Origin: Naegleria gruberi
Lineage: Eukaryota
Strand: one strand, 5' to 3'
Length of the DNA stretch: 64,000 nt
NCBI GenBank assembly: GCA_000004985.1
Contig: GG738865.1
The notes under the pieces are model-generated. The model was not told the origin of the DNA. It saw only the letters and a program-made list of their open reading frames with translations, and made no database searches. Every line of letters begins with the position of its first letter. The first letter of the stretch is position 1. The translations under genes and the position numbers were made by a program. This document shows, piece by piece, positions 33,531-44,680 of the stretch.

Positions 33531-33548
33531 AATTTTGGCGCCAAAATT
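33531..33548. promoter_or_regulatory. Perfect 18-bp palindrome AATTTTGGCGCCAAAATT, an E2F-like site. It lies 37 bp upstream of the APC8/Cdc23 ATG.
   Basis: The sequence is read directly from the window. TTTGGCGC matches the TTTSSCGC E2F consensus on both strands. Confidence 0.5.
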
Positions 33549-33584
33549 AAAAAGAATTTTCACGTTTAAACAAATTAAAAAAAA

Positions 33585-35624
33585 ATGAATGAATTCTCGC
33601 CAACAACATCAACCCTAACAACGAGAGACGAACTCAGGAGAGTCATCACGGAAACATCAGAAAGAGGTCTTATTCATACATCAAAATGGCTCGGAGAACA
33701 ATTAATATCACTGCCAAATGAAATACTTTCTAGAGTTGCAACCTCTACAAGTATTTGCACAAATACAATACAAGCAAATGAACAATCTTTATATGATCAT
33801 TATACATTCGCAAAAACACTATTTGATTCAAAGGAATATTCTAGATGTGCTTTTATTTTACAAAAACAAACTAAACCATCGACAATGGAGTTGAATCAAA
33901 ACAAAACTAGTCTATCATCATTCAGTAAGAAATGTTTATTTGTTGAATATTATGCTCTCTTCCTATCGGGTGAGCAACAAAAACAACAAGAAGTATTGGA
34001 ATATAGTTTAAATAATTCATCAAGTACAACAGCTACTGGGGTAGGAACCAATGCTAATGCTCATCATCAAATGATTCATCAACAAAGAAATCAACAAAAA
34101 CATCACAATCAAACTCAAAACAAATATCTTAGAACTATATTGAATGATCTTAAAACATTGCATACATTGGATCAAATGGATTCCTATCTCTACTATTTGT
34201 TTGGAGTCATACTAAAGGAAATGGAAATGAAGAGTAAAGCTCTCGATTGCTTTATCAAAAGTGTAAATTATGAACCACTTATGTGGGGAAGTTGGTTGGA
34301 AATTGTTTATATTCTTATTGATTTAATGCAAGATACTACTCAAAATGACAATCAATCCACTTTAATGTCTAACACATTTAAAAAGTTCAAAAGTATTTTA
34401 AAACAACATTGGATGATGAAGGTTTTCAAATCTAGACTTCAATTGGAAACTCTTTCAAGCCAAGGCAGTTTTACTCAATTAGATTTGGATGATGGCAATG
34501 AAAATCAAACATTCAACTTGATTCAAGATTTATGTTCACAATTTCCAAACTCTAATTATTTATATTCTCAACTAGCAATGTTGAGCTACCATCAACAAGA
34601 CTTCCAACAAGCTCAAGAATATTTCGAACACATCAAAAAGAAAGATCCTTTTAGATTAGAGTTTTTGGATACATACTCTAATATTTTATATGTGAGAGAA
34701 GAAAAAGCTGAATTGAGTAAATTGGCACACGAACTACACTCAATAGATAAGTATAGAGTTGAGACATGTTGTGTTATTGGCAACTATTACAGTTTAAGAG
34801 GTGATCATGAAAAAGCTGTCTTGTATTTTAAGAGAGCACTTTCATTAGATCCAAAATATTTATCAGCTTGGACATTGATGGGACACGAGTATATTGAAAT
34901 GAAGAATACTAAAGCTGCTGTTAATGCCTATAGAAGTGCAGTTGAAATTCAATCAACAGATTACAGAGCTTGGTATGGTTTAGGCCAAACCTATGAAATG
35001 TTAGACATGTCTGATTATGCTTTGTATTATTATAGCAAATCGTGTAGTTTAAGACCATATGATGGAAGAATGTGGTCTGCTCTTGCAAATTGTTATGAAT
35101 CATTAGAACAATTTGATGATGCACTCAAATGTTATCAACGAGCATATGATAACAGAGGTGAACAATTGAGTACACTACTCAAGATGGCTAACATATTTAG
35201 AAGATTAGATCAAAATGATAGAGCAGTTGAATTATATTCGAAATGTTTAGGACACTATGAATCAGACAATGTTCCAAATCAACTTCATCAACAATTAAGT
35301 TCTGCTGATGAAGCTGGTATTTTACTTTTCCTTGCTGATTATTATTATGAAGTAGCTCAACAAGATGAACAATATATTGAAAGTGTGAAACAATATTGTA
35401 TGTTACTAATGGATGATAGATTTACAGGTCTTCCAGAAAGAGATACAGCTACCCAATTACTTCATTCACTCAATTCTAATAACCTGTTACAACCTTCCTC
35501 ATTTGAAAATCAGTTAGAATCAATTTCACAACAGCAATCCACACAAAGAATATTTGGTGGAGGAGTTTTAAATCCTCAAGATTATTCGATTGGTGGCAGT
35601 GATTCTCTAAACTTTTTGAAATAA
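33585..35624 (+). CDS. Anaphase-promoting complex subunit 8 (Cdc23/APC8), a TPR protein.
   Basis: C-terminal TPR array: CVIGNYYSLRGDHEKAVLYFKRALSLDPKYLSAWTLMGHEYIEMKNTKAAVNAYRSAVEIQSTDYRAWYGLGQTYEMLDM..YYYSKSCSLRPYDGRMW matches the Cdc23 consensus. ATG is confirmed. Confidence 0.85.
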   Translation: MNEFSPTTSTLTTRDELRRVITETSERGLIHTSKWLGEQLISLPNEILSRVATSTSICTNTIQANEQSLYDHYTFAKTLFDSKEYSRCAFILQKQTKPSTMELNQNKTSLSSFSKKCLFVEYYALFLSGEQQKQQEVLEYSLNNSSSTTATGVGTNANAHHQMIHQQRNQQKHHNQTQNKYLRTILNDLKTLHTLDQMDSYLYYLFGVILKEMEMKSKALDCFIKSVNYEPLMWGSWLEIVYILIDLMQDTTQNDNQSTLMSNTFKKFKSILKQHWMMKVFKSRLQLETLSSQGSFTQLDLDDGNENQTFNLIQDLCSQFPNSNYLYSQLAMLSYHQQDFQQAQEYFEHIKKKDPFRLEFLDTYSNILYVREEKAELSKLAHELHSIDKYRVETCCVIGNYYSLRGDHEKAVLYFKRALSLDPKYLSAWTLMGHEYIEMKNTKAAVNAYRSAVEIQSTDYRAWYGLGQTYEMLDMSDYALYYYSKSCSLRPYDGRMWSALANCYESLEQFDDALKCYQRAYDNRGEQLSTLLKMANIFRRLDQNDRAVELYSKCLGHYESDNVPNQLHQQLSSADEAGILLFLADYYYEVAQQDEQYIESVKQYCMLLMDDRFTGLPERDTATQLLHSLNSNNLLQPSSFENQLESISQQQSTQRIFGGGVLNPQDYSIGGSDSLNFLK

Positions 35625-35704
35625 ATCATACATTCCTAATCACGACAGAGTTAGGGGAATTCGATAGAAGCTAGATTCTTGTGATGAGAAATACATTAGT
35701 TGTT

Positions 35705-36487
35705 TTATTGATACTTTCGAAGAATATTCTGAATTGTATCAAGCAGTTTGTCATGCACTATTGATACTCTTTTGAAACGAGAGTTGAGATTTTTCAACGA
35801 GCTTAGATTTATCTTTAGAATATTGATATAGTCAACTGGAACAAACCCATCATGAGGTCCTCTACTTATCTGATTATTACATCTCAAACCAGTTTCAATA
35901 CTTTTCACCACTTGAAGGTTGACACGAGTTGCCATGATAAAGAATGGAATCATAAACATACTACAATTATTGAAATATTCTTTCTGAGACAAGTATGTAA
36001 TTCTTAAACTTGATTCTTCTATTAAATCCTTTCTACTTGTAATAGATATCATTATACCCAATCTCAGACCCTCAATAAGAATATCTTGTGTGAATTGAAT
36101 TCCATTCAAATATTCATCACAAATCTCATTTGAATTTTTGAAAATCTTGTCTCTAATATTGGCAATTAACAATTTGATAACTTCACTTCCAGTTTTCATC
36201 ATGTCCATACTATTTTCGTGTGAAATTTTTTCGAGTAGGAGATTAGCAATTTGAGGATGCAATCGAACACCAGTCACCATTTCATAGAGCATTGGCAAAC
36301 TTGACGAGAATTGTAAAACATCAATTTCTTGTAATGAGAAATTCTCAACAAATGAAATAGTTTTCACAGATTTGGTTTCCTGACTGGATAAGATTGGTTT
36401 CATGATATTTTGTGAATAGAATTTGGCAGAGTGGAGATGAAACTTTGAAATTTTCAATTCACCACAACCCATTTCGTACAATGCCAA
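35705..36487 (-). CDS. Hypothetical protein, 3' exon(s). The 5' end is unresolved.
   Basis: The ORF-track start is a TTG. The frame stays open a further 52 codons upstream without an ATG. A strong polypyrimidine tract plus AG lies at about 36590..36632 and suggests an intron acceptor. The protein is helical, with no family assignment. Confidence 0.4.
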   Translation of the reverse strand: MALYEMGCGELKISKFHLHSAKFYSQNIMKPILSSQETKSVKTISFVENFSLQEIDVLQFSSSLPMLYEMVTGVRLHPQIANLLLEKISHENSMDMMKTGSEVIKLLIANIRDKIFKNSNEICDEYLNGIQFTQDILIEGLRLGIMISITSRKDLIEESSLRITYLSQKEYFNNCSMFMIPFFIMATRVNLQVVKSIETGLRCNNQISRGPHDGFVPVDYINILKINLSSLKNLNSRFKRVSIVHDKLLDTIQNILRKYQ

Positions 36488-36982
36488 ATTAAGATAACTG
36501 TACGAGTTGAGTAGAGAAAGAGAATCATTACCCTTTGAAATGAACTTTCTTGATTTGAGTGCTGCTTGTTGTGCTTGTTCTTGATCACCACTTGATTGGA
36601 AACAAAGAGATTGAATAGAAAAGAAAAAGCGCTCCTCTCTTTCTTATTCGAATCTGATAGGCCACATTGTTTCATATTGCTGAATATACTTATCAAACTC
36701 TTCCCTTACCAAGTGAGGGTTTCTCTTTCGAAGACAAATGAAAAAGTTCAGTTGTAAAGGATTGGAAAAGTACCAAGAAAGAAACTCTATCGAATTTTCC
36801 AAATCAATCACTGCAAGTTTCTTATTTGGTGAAATTGGTTCGAAGAATTATCAGCCACATATAAATCTTCTCTTTTTTAAGTAGGATCTTGGGTCAAGCA
36901 TTATATTGCTCGCAGAGTCTTTTAAATCAACAAACGTTATTGAATAAGTCTTTTATTGTGAAAATTTCGAAGCCTGCCAAGT

Positions 36983-38167
36983 CTAGTTATCATCACCACA
37001 CAAATATTCAGTAACTTTTTCTTTTAGAATGTCATTCAAGGATTTGTCTGCTCCCCCCTCAAGATTTGAAGAAATAGAATCAAACCAATTTCCATTATTA
37101 ACTCTTTCCAATTCTTCAGAATTGTTTAACAAAATACTTTCCAAAAAAATTTCGTCATTTGGATCAAGTTTGTTCAATAAGGTTAATACTTTTTGACAAT
37201 TTTCGTTATTGGAGTACCTTTTAGTGTTTTGGTGACCAGCTCTATTAGATCTTAAAACGCATTTAGGAACAGGATCGCTCTCAGAGATTGGAGAATACCA
37301 TAAAGTGATCTTTGTATCTTTGGTGTACAATTTTTTCTCGTCTTTTTCTTGGATAAAATTTTTAATTCCAACATTCAATACCTTTCGTTGGGAACCAGTG
37401 AAATAAACGTTTAAAAAAGAAGATAAGGAATGATCCTTATCTTCTGCAAGTTCCAGATGGGAATAATATTCTTTAAATATTGCTCTTTCTCTATAGTTTG
37501 CTGACAACAAGAGTTCAACCGAAAATGTTTCAAATTCAAATCTTTCTGGCAACATTAAAAGATTATCTCTATATTTCTCAACCACTTGGTAAACATCTTC
37601 TTTAATGCTTTCTAATGCATGTCTTTCATAATTCAACCTATCCATAATTACCATTGAGTTATACACTTGGAATTTGTTATATTTCTCATTACCTGCTAAT
37701 CTTTCAAAATTAGCTTGTGATGATAATCTTGTCTCAATTTTACTTTTGTCAAGAGCTGAGACCAAAGCTCCAAGAGTTGAAATCGCACCACCTCCAATCA
37801 ATAAAGATCTAGTTCTTTGATTCATTGCTGCAAAAGTGTAAATAAAGAAAACGCCAAGTGCATAAACGAGATATTTAAATGAGAATTCTATGTCAAGATA
37901 TTTCCTGTCTTGGAATTCATAAGAATCAAGGGTCAATAACGGTGCAATCAGTAACAGAAGAGCAATACACCAGTGCCATGAGCTTAGGCTCTTCCACTTC
38001 CAAGTATCAGTAGGCTTCTTGGTTAATGGCTCTTGTTCTTGCTCAGACAAGCTTTCAACCACTACTTTGAATGACCTAAATCTCTTAACATTCAAGTTCT
38101 GCAAAAAAATTGGAGCAGAAAGCTTGGGGTTTCGTTTGGGAACAGCTTTAAGTAGGCTTCTTAACAT
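36983..38167 (-). CDS. Hypothetical membrane protein with a presequence-like N-terminus (MLRSLLKAVPKRNPKLS), possibly mitochondrial.
   Basis: It is 394 aa. ATG is confirmed. It has two hydrophobic helices near the N-terminus, including a glycine-zipper (IGGGAISTLGALVSAL), and a long soluble C-terminal domain. Confidence 0.5.
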   Translation of the reverse strand: MLRSLLKAVPKRNPKLSAPIFLQNLNVKRFRSFKVVVESLSEQEQEPLTKKPTDTWKWKSLSSWHWCIALLLLIAPLLTLDSYEFQDRKYLDIEFSFKYLVYALGVFFIYTFAAMNQRTRSLLIGGGAISTLGALVSALDKSKIETRLSSQANFERLAGNEKYNKFQVYNSMVIMDRLNYERHALESIKEDVYQVVEKYRDNLLMLPERFEFETFSVELLLSANYRERAIFKEYYSHLELAEDKDHSLSSFLNVYFTGSQRKVLNVGIKNFIQEKDEKKLYTKDTKITLWYSPISESDPVPKCVLRSNRAGHQNTKRYSNNENCQKVLTLLNKLDPNDEIFLESILLNNSEELERVNNGNWFDSISSNLEGGADKSLNDILKEKVTEYLCGDDN

Positions 38168-39372
38168 TTTTTAATAATGGAAAAAAAAATTTTGATAATG
38201 ATTATTTTATACATAATCTTTTTAGTAACAGAAATGGATAGAGATTCCATTTTGAACAAGAAATCATTATTATAATTATAATTATTATAAATTTGGAAAT
38301 TCCTTTTATTGATTTTTAATTCAATTAACAACTTGGTTTTGGGAATGGCATTTTTAAACAAATACAGTTCTGTACGTTTTTATTTTAAAAACATTATTAC
38401 CAATTTTACAATACCAAACAATGATTTAGAAATGAATCCATTTAAAGACCTACCCTCTATCTATTCAGCATTGAAAACTCCACAGTAATAATGTATTTCA
38501 TACTCTCCCAATAATACACCCTCAATTATATTCTTCATAAAATCCTATTAAACTTCCTCTCCTCAATATTCCATTATCATCATCACTACAACCTTCTCTC
38601 CCTATTACATAACACCTCCAGAAGAACATTCCTCCAATAATAACAGCACGTTTATCAACTTCTTACTTTGAGGCTTATTTAAAATTGTTTGTGCTTTAGA
38701 AATTTTTTAAAGTTTGAAAAAAATCAGCGAAGAGATAGACGACAATAGACCAAACAACAACGTGAAAATATATATTTATTTCATGTGAAACCTACAAAAT
38801 TCAAAATGAATGAATCTTTTCTCTGTCAATGAAAAAAGAGGATATACACTTTTTAATTTATTTCTTTTTTCGAATTTCACGCTCTTCTGTTCCGATTAGA
38901 TTCGAATATTGATATTTAGATATGTTCCAGCCAAATGTGTGAAAAACAACAAGCATTATTGTGTATTAAGTCAACTCCAAAATATATAAAAAAATTGAGA
39001 AATTACGAATTATACATCATTAGTTCTGTATTTTTTGATTGCGTTCAGGAGGAAGCAATTTGAAAAAAGCAATTCGGAGGTTAATGAAATAATTCAATTA
39101 AGGGTGATGCACGATGAAGAAAATTGATAGCTGTAGCATAAATCATTCAATTTACAATTAGATATTAATTTTTATTGAATATGAACATTTTCATATTTGA
39201 TTTTATTGTCTTATACATATTCATTAAAATCCATCTCACTACTTTCTATTTTGCTTTGTTGTGAATACTATCACAAGTTGATACATCTTGTTCTTCAACC
39301 TTCATCTATATTGTTTTCGGAGGCTTGTTGAAAAATTCTTCATCAAATCATCAAATAAAATATTAAAAAAAA

Positions 39373-41036
39373 ATGTCTTCATCACAAAACAATAACTCGC
39401 TGCGTAATTCTTCATCCATGATGATGAACGGAATGAATCAGCAAAAGATGGGCAATAATAATAATACAAGTAGATCGCAACATCCTAATCAACATTATGA
39501 TCATTTTGCGAGAGAGGTACTACAACGTGTAATTTCGGATACATGTAGATATTATGGATTTCATGCTATTAAAAGTAGTACAAGTGATTTTTTAATTGAT
39601 TTGGTGCAAATGTTTATTCAAAAAATTGCCACAACAAGTGTAATGTATAGTAGTCATTGTGGAAGAACAGAACCAAATGTATTTGATGTTGAAAAATCAT
39701 TAAATCATCATATGGGCTTGGATATTAACGATTTATTATCTTTCTTTTACATTTTACAAGATAAATCTGAAGAAAATTCTGTTGATTTGTCAACATTTGA
39801 ATTTGGTAAGTTTGATAAAAATAATCAAATAACCTTTAACTTTATTTAGACATTCCTGATATTCCTAAAGCACCACTTTCAAGTTTAATGTCATGTCCAC
39901 AAACTCATTTCCATTTACTCTATAAAAACAAAGCAAAATCACTTTTATTTATTGATGAAGAAGAGGAAGAAGAACATGAAAGACAAATTAAATTAATTGA
40001 ACAACAAAAACCAACATTTCTACCAGCTTTACCACCTAAACATACATTTAGATTTACTCCTATTATGAATAAGAGAACAAGAGATCAATATAGAATTCAA
40101 TTAGAAAAGACAAGACAAAGAAGACATATTGAAGAATCTTTAACAAGACTTCATGAAGCTGAATTGAAACAAGTTCGTGATTTATTAGAATTGAATGAAG
40201 TAAATGGAGAAAATGCATCACAACAATTGGAACAATTAATTAAAACCAAGAAAAAGACAATTGTCCAAAAGAATGATGTTTTATTACATCTTGAAAAGAA
40301 ACCAACTACAAATGTATTAACTCAAAAGAAGAAGGAAGAACAAGCAATTCAACAATCTATTACAGAAGATGATGAGGAACCTGTTGAAGAGGTTGCTGTA
40401 GAGGATAACATTCAAACAATTGTTAATCCATATTTACAAATTGAAAAACAAAGAGTTTCATTGGCAGTTCAAAGAAATGTTACAAACAGTTCATCAAATC
40501 CTCATAATGTCACAAGGTTGACCAATATTCTAACAACACCTAAAAAGAGCACAACTATTAAGAAACCTTTTATTTCACTTATTACAAGAGATGACAGTGC
40601 AGAAGTTCAAGCAAATAATTTAATGAAAAGTGGTGCTATTGCTAATACTACTCAAACATTATCAACAATATCAAATGATGATGGTTATATTGATAATGCT
40701 CAAATAACTCCAAAACAAAAAAAGAATTCCATAATGGAAACATCTATTGGAGGTTCAATCAACAGATCTGCTTCATCATCTGTTTTGAATGATTCAACTT
40801 TAATGCCACCACCTTCTTCTCTTCCTCCTCAATTTGCACCTCCAACCTTCCTCTCTAGTCTTATGGGTTCAAATACTGCTGTAAATAATGAAGTTATTGA
40901 ACCAATCATTAGTAATAATCAACCAATGTTAAATATTGGAAGTTCTATTGCCCCTCCTCCCTCATCTGATTTTGAAGAGGATGAATTTGAAGAAGTTGAA
41001 ATTGATGAACCAAATTCTAAAAAGTTGAAATTTTAA
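39373..41036 (+). CDS. TFIID subunit TAF8-like (Bromo_TP / histone-fold domain). Two exons: 39373..39805 and 39850..41036.
   Basis: A BTP-like histone fold (FAREVLQRVISDTCRYYGFHAIKSSTSDFLIDLVQMFIQKIA..) is present. A 44-nt GTAAGT..TAG intron follows. The conserved TAF8 motif LPALPPKHTFRFTP comes immediately after the splice. Confidence 0.7.
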
Positions 41037-41138
41037 ACTAGGAAAACAAATACTTCTAAGTACGATTATAATAATAAATATAATGTTACAAAATTGTATT
41101 TGACACTCTAATTTACACAGTTATTTTACAAAAATGAA

Positions 41139-42359
41139 TTAAGCATACACACATTTGTGCAGTAAGAAACCGAAATATTTGTACCAATCAATCTTTCTAA
41201 TCAAATTAACTCTGGTAATATAATTTCCAGTTACGAGTCTAAAATATCCAGGAGTTGTTTTACTCCAATCAATGAATTGTTGTTGAAAGGTATTAATTAC
41301 ATCAACCAACCATAAACTGGAAGATGAAACAACTTCATTATTGAAAATAATTTCATGCTGTAAATAATCATCTGTAAATTCTGCAGTACTATTTTGAGCA
41401 CTATATGAATTTAACCACCAACTAATAATATCATAAATAAGAGTTGGTTGTTTTGAAATGGCTACCATCTTTTTTTCACATCCATCTGCAAATAATCTGG
41501 TAAATTTAACAAGTGAGGCATCCATTAATGGTGTTTTTGCCACATAATTAACAGGAAATAGATAAATCTTACTTCTCAATTCATCATATGAAAATATTAC
41601 ATCTCTAGATTTAACATCAAAACCCATATTATATTCTCCATCAAAATCTGTTTGATTTGTTGTTCCTCCATATAAAACAATTTTACCAATTTTATCAAAT
41701 ATATATTCATCCCTTTCTCTACAATATTGTAGAGTTTTAGCTAAATTAGTAACTGGTCCTAATACCAGAAAGTTAATAGTATCAGAAGCAGATTTAATAA
41801 TCTGATATGACTTTTCTAAATAATCATCTTGAAATTCATAATTAAGATCATATTTTCCAGTTCTATTTTGTAAAACTTTGTGTATAAAATCTCCTAACAT
41901 GTATTTTCTCATACGTATACCATCTTCAGATGAAAATCTTTGTCCTTTATCATTAGTCATATGGTCTCCTCTTAATAATAAAGTATTATTAATATTATAT
42001 GTTTGTCTATTATAAATGAATGTATTTCTCTTATTTAAAAACATTTTCCAAATATCAGAAATTGCAAATGTTTCATCTCCTATTTTTAATTCATCAAAAT
42101 CATCACCACTATCCTGTAATTCACTTGATGTTGTTACAAGTGCCATTAATGTTTTGTTTTTTGAATTTCTAATCATTAAATTCAAAGAAATTAAATGATT
42201 AACAGAAATATCCGAATGAATAATCCATTGATCTGTATTCTTTATTTTAGTAGTATAGGGTTGTCTCACTACATTTATGAATATCCCAATCACTGCCGCT
42301 ATAAACACAACTGCTAATCCAATAGAAAATAAAAGAGTTTGAGCTGTGTGTTCTTTCAT
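41139..42359 (-). CDS. Inosine-uridine nucleoside hydrolase-like protein with an N-terminal TM anchor.
   Basis: LVLGPVTNLAKTL corresponds to IUNH LGPLTNIA. VLYGGTTNQTDFDGEYNMGFDV corresponds to VLMGGG..EFNI..D. The N-terminal Asp cluster is altered (ELQDSGDDFD versus DxDPGxDD). ATG is confirmed. Confidence 0.55.
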   Translation of the reverse strand: MKEHTAQTLLFSIGLAVVFIAAVIGIFINVVRQPYTTKIKNTDQWIIHSDISVNHLISLNLMIRNSKNKTLMALVTTSSELQDSGDDFDELKIGDETFAISDIWKMFLNKRNTFIYNRQTYNINNTLLLRGDHMTNDKGQRFSSEDGIRMRKYMLGDFIHKVLQNRTGKYDLNYEFQDDYLEKSYQIIKSASDTINFLVLGPVTNLAKTLQYCRERDEYIFDKIGKIVLYGGTTNQTDFDGEYNMGFDVKSRDVIFSYDELRSKIYLFPVNYVAKTPLMDASLVKFTRLFADGCEKKMVAISKQPTLIYDIISWWLNSYSAQNSTAEFTDDYLQHEIIFNNEVVSSSSLWLVDVINTFQQQFIDWSKTTPGYFRLVTGNYITRVNLIRKIDWYKYFGFLLHKCVYA

Positions 42360-42776
42360 TTTTTTTTACTGCATGATGAAATTTTCCAAAGCCTTTGCAA
42401 AAAGATAATCAATTGATTATGATGATGATTTACTTTTTATTTATTTTTTAATGGAAATTCATACAAATGATGAATGAAGAATGTTTATAGCCAAGAAAAT
42501 TACAATTTCAATATTTTCTGATATTCTTCATCGGGTGATGAAAGTTTATTTAATTATTTATCATACATCAGGCGGGAAAAATATTCAATTAAAATTTGTG
42601 ATGAAAAAATTACTTCATAAAAAAAAGTGAAAAAAAAAAGCATCAACAAATTTTCAGAGTTGTTCTGAGAACATTAAATTTATAACCATCAACAAATTTT
42701 AAAGCGGATTCACACAATTTTGACCATATTATCATCATAGTTAACAAAACAATAACAACAATATCATTGGAAAATT

Positions 42777-44578
42777 ATGAAAAGAGATAAAAAATTTGCC
42801 AATATCAAGAATAAGATTCAAAATCTTAAAAAGAGAAAAACAACTCCAAATGAAAAGAAGAGACAAGTACAGTATAATGAAGATGATGATATTATTCATT
42901 CATCGGAAGAAGAATTTGAAGTGAGTGCTGAACAATTAGCTAAAACAGCTGATGATGATGATGAAAAAGTTATTAGAGATGCAAGTGAAGTTGTTGAACA
43001 AAAAGAAGAAGAAGAAAAATTGACAGCTGCAGAAAAGAGAGTTTTAAATGCTAAACAATTTTTAGATAATTTGAAACAATATGAAGGTAAAGTATTTCAT
43101 TTTGAAATTTTATAATTTTCATGATATTTAACAGAGGATAAAGAGGATCAAGATGAATACAATCAAATGTTAAATGAACAAGATCCTATTGCTCAAGCTC
43201 TTAAAAGAGAAGCTGTAAGTATTGATTTAATATTTCTATTATTTACTTACTTTTTATAATAATACATGATATTTACATTTAATATAATACTTAACATTTA
43301 CTTTATAATACTTAACATTTACTTGATAACTACTTGATATTTACTTAACATTTACCTTTTTTTGATAAAAATTATTAACTTTAATAGTTAAAAGCAAAGA
43401 AACAAATACCTTCAAGTTATCATAAATATCTTGAAGAATTAGATTTCAAAGATGAAGGAGTAGTGACATTTTTGAAAGGACATAAAAAACCACCTACTTG
43501 TATTTCATTGGATAATACAAATTCACAACAATTAAAAGGATTTTCAGTTGGTAAAGATGGATGTATTATAAATTGGGATTTTAACAAGGGAAGTAAAATA
43601 TCAATTACCAAAAAAGCACATGATAATTTAGAAATTTTATCTTGTGCACTAAGTTTTGATGGAAATATATTAGCAACAGGAGGAAAAGATTGTAAAATTC
43701 GATTATGGGATACAAAAACAATGAAACAAATTGATGTTTTAGATGGACATTTTAAACCAGTTACAAGTTTAGCATTCCAAATGGGACATTTATCAAATAT
43801 TACTGGTTCTTCAAATAATTCTTCATATGCTTATCAATTATATTCAGGTTCTATGGATAGAACTGTTAAAGTTTGGGATGCTAAAGAATGTTCATTTGTT
43901 GATACTTTATATGGTCATGAAAGTGAAGTACAAGGTATTGATACAATGATTACTCCACACGCTCTAAGTTGTGGTTCTGATGCAACTTTAAGATATTGGA
44001 AAGTTGAAGATGAAACTCAACTCATTTACAAATCTTCTACTACTAAATATAGTATTGATTGCATGAAAATGTTAAGAGAAAATTGCTTTTTAAGTGGTTC
44101 ACAAGATGGTTCTCTTTCTTTATGGTTAAAGACAAAGAAAAAACCAATTTCACATTTCCCTTCTGCTCATGGTGGTGAATGGATTACTTCTGTTGGTGCT
44201 TTACGTTTCTCTGATATTGCTGCAAGTGGTTCTTCAGATGGTTATATGAAATTATGGAGATGTGATCCAAATACAAAGGTTTTACAATTGAAGAATAATA
44301 TTCCAATGGCTGGTTTCATTAATTCTATAGAATTTAATTCAAATGGTCAATTTTTAGCTGCTGCAATTGGTCAAGAACATCGTTTAGGAAGATGGTCAAG
44401 AAGACCACAAGCCAAGAATGGTATTGCAATTGTTAAATTATTATCAGAAGAAACGATAGAAAAGGCAAAATTAGATCCATCCAATAATTATGTTAAACAT
44501 TCTGATCGTGATAATGAATATGACGATTTTGCAGGTGACGAAGAAGAGGAAGATGATAGTGGTAACTTTTTCTTATAA
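42777..44578 (+). CDS. U3 snoRNP protein RRP9 / U3-55K (WD40). Three exons: 42777..43086, 43135..43214 and 43388..44578.
   Basis: An acidic N-terminal region is followed by WD repeats. ..LWDTKT.., ..DRTVKVWD.., ..LRYWKVEDETQLIY.. and ..AAAIGQEHRLGRWSRR.. align with human RRP9 (..GQEHRLGRWWRI..). The introns are 48 and 173 nt and restore the frame. Confidence 0.8.
43215..43387 (+). repeat. Intron 2 of RRP9 (173 nt, the largest intron in the window) containing about 3 tandem copies of a ~20-nt unit (ataatacttaacatttactt).
   Basis: The repeats are visible directly in the sequence. It is bounded by GTAAGT and AATAG. Confidence 0.6.
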
Positions 44579-44680
44579 ATAAATTATTTTAGTTCAATCT
44601 TAAATTCCAGCCAATAGGTTTTACTCTTTGTGGAGCCATAGTTCAATAGTTAATGATCAGCTTATTGTAAAGAATGGCGT

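Noticed and set aside
36454-36696. Minus-strand 80-codon ORF (MISIFSNMKQCGLSDS...) upstream of the gene at 35705..36487, as a candidate first exon.
   Set aside because: It is in a different frame from the downstream CDS. There is no GT..AG pair joining it in frame. The translation is low-complexity. It more likely covers the intron and polypyrimidine tract.
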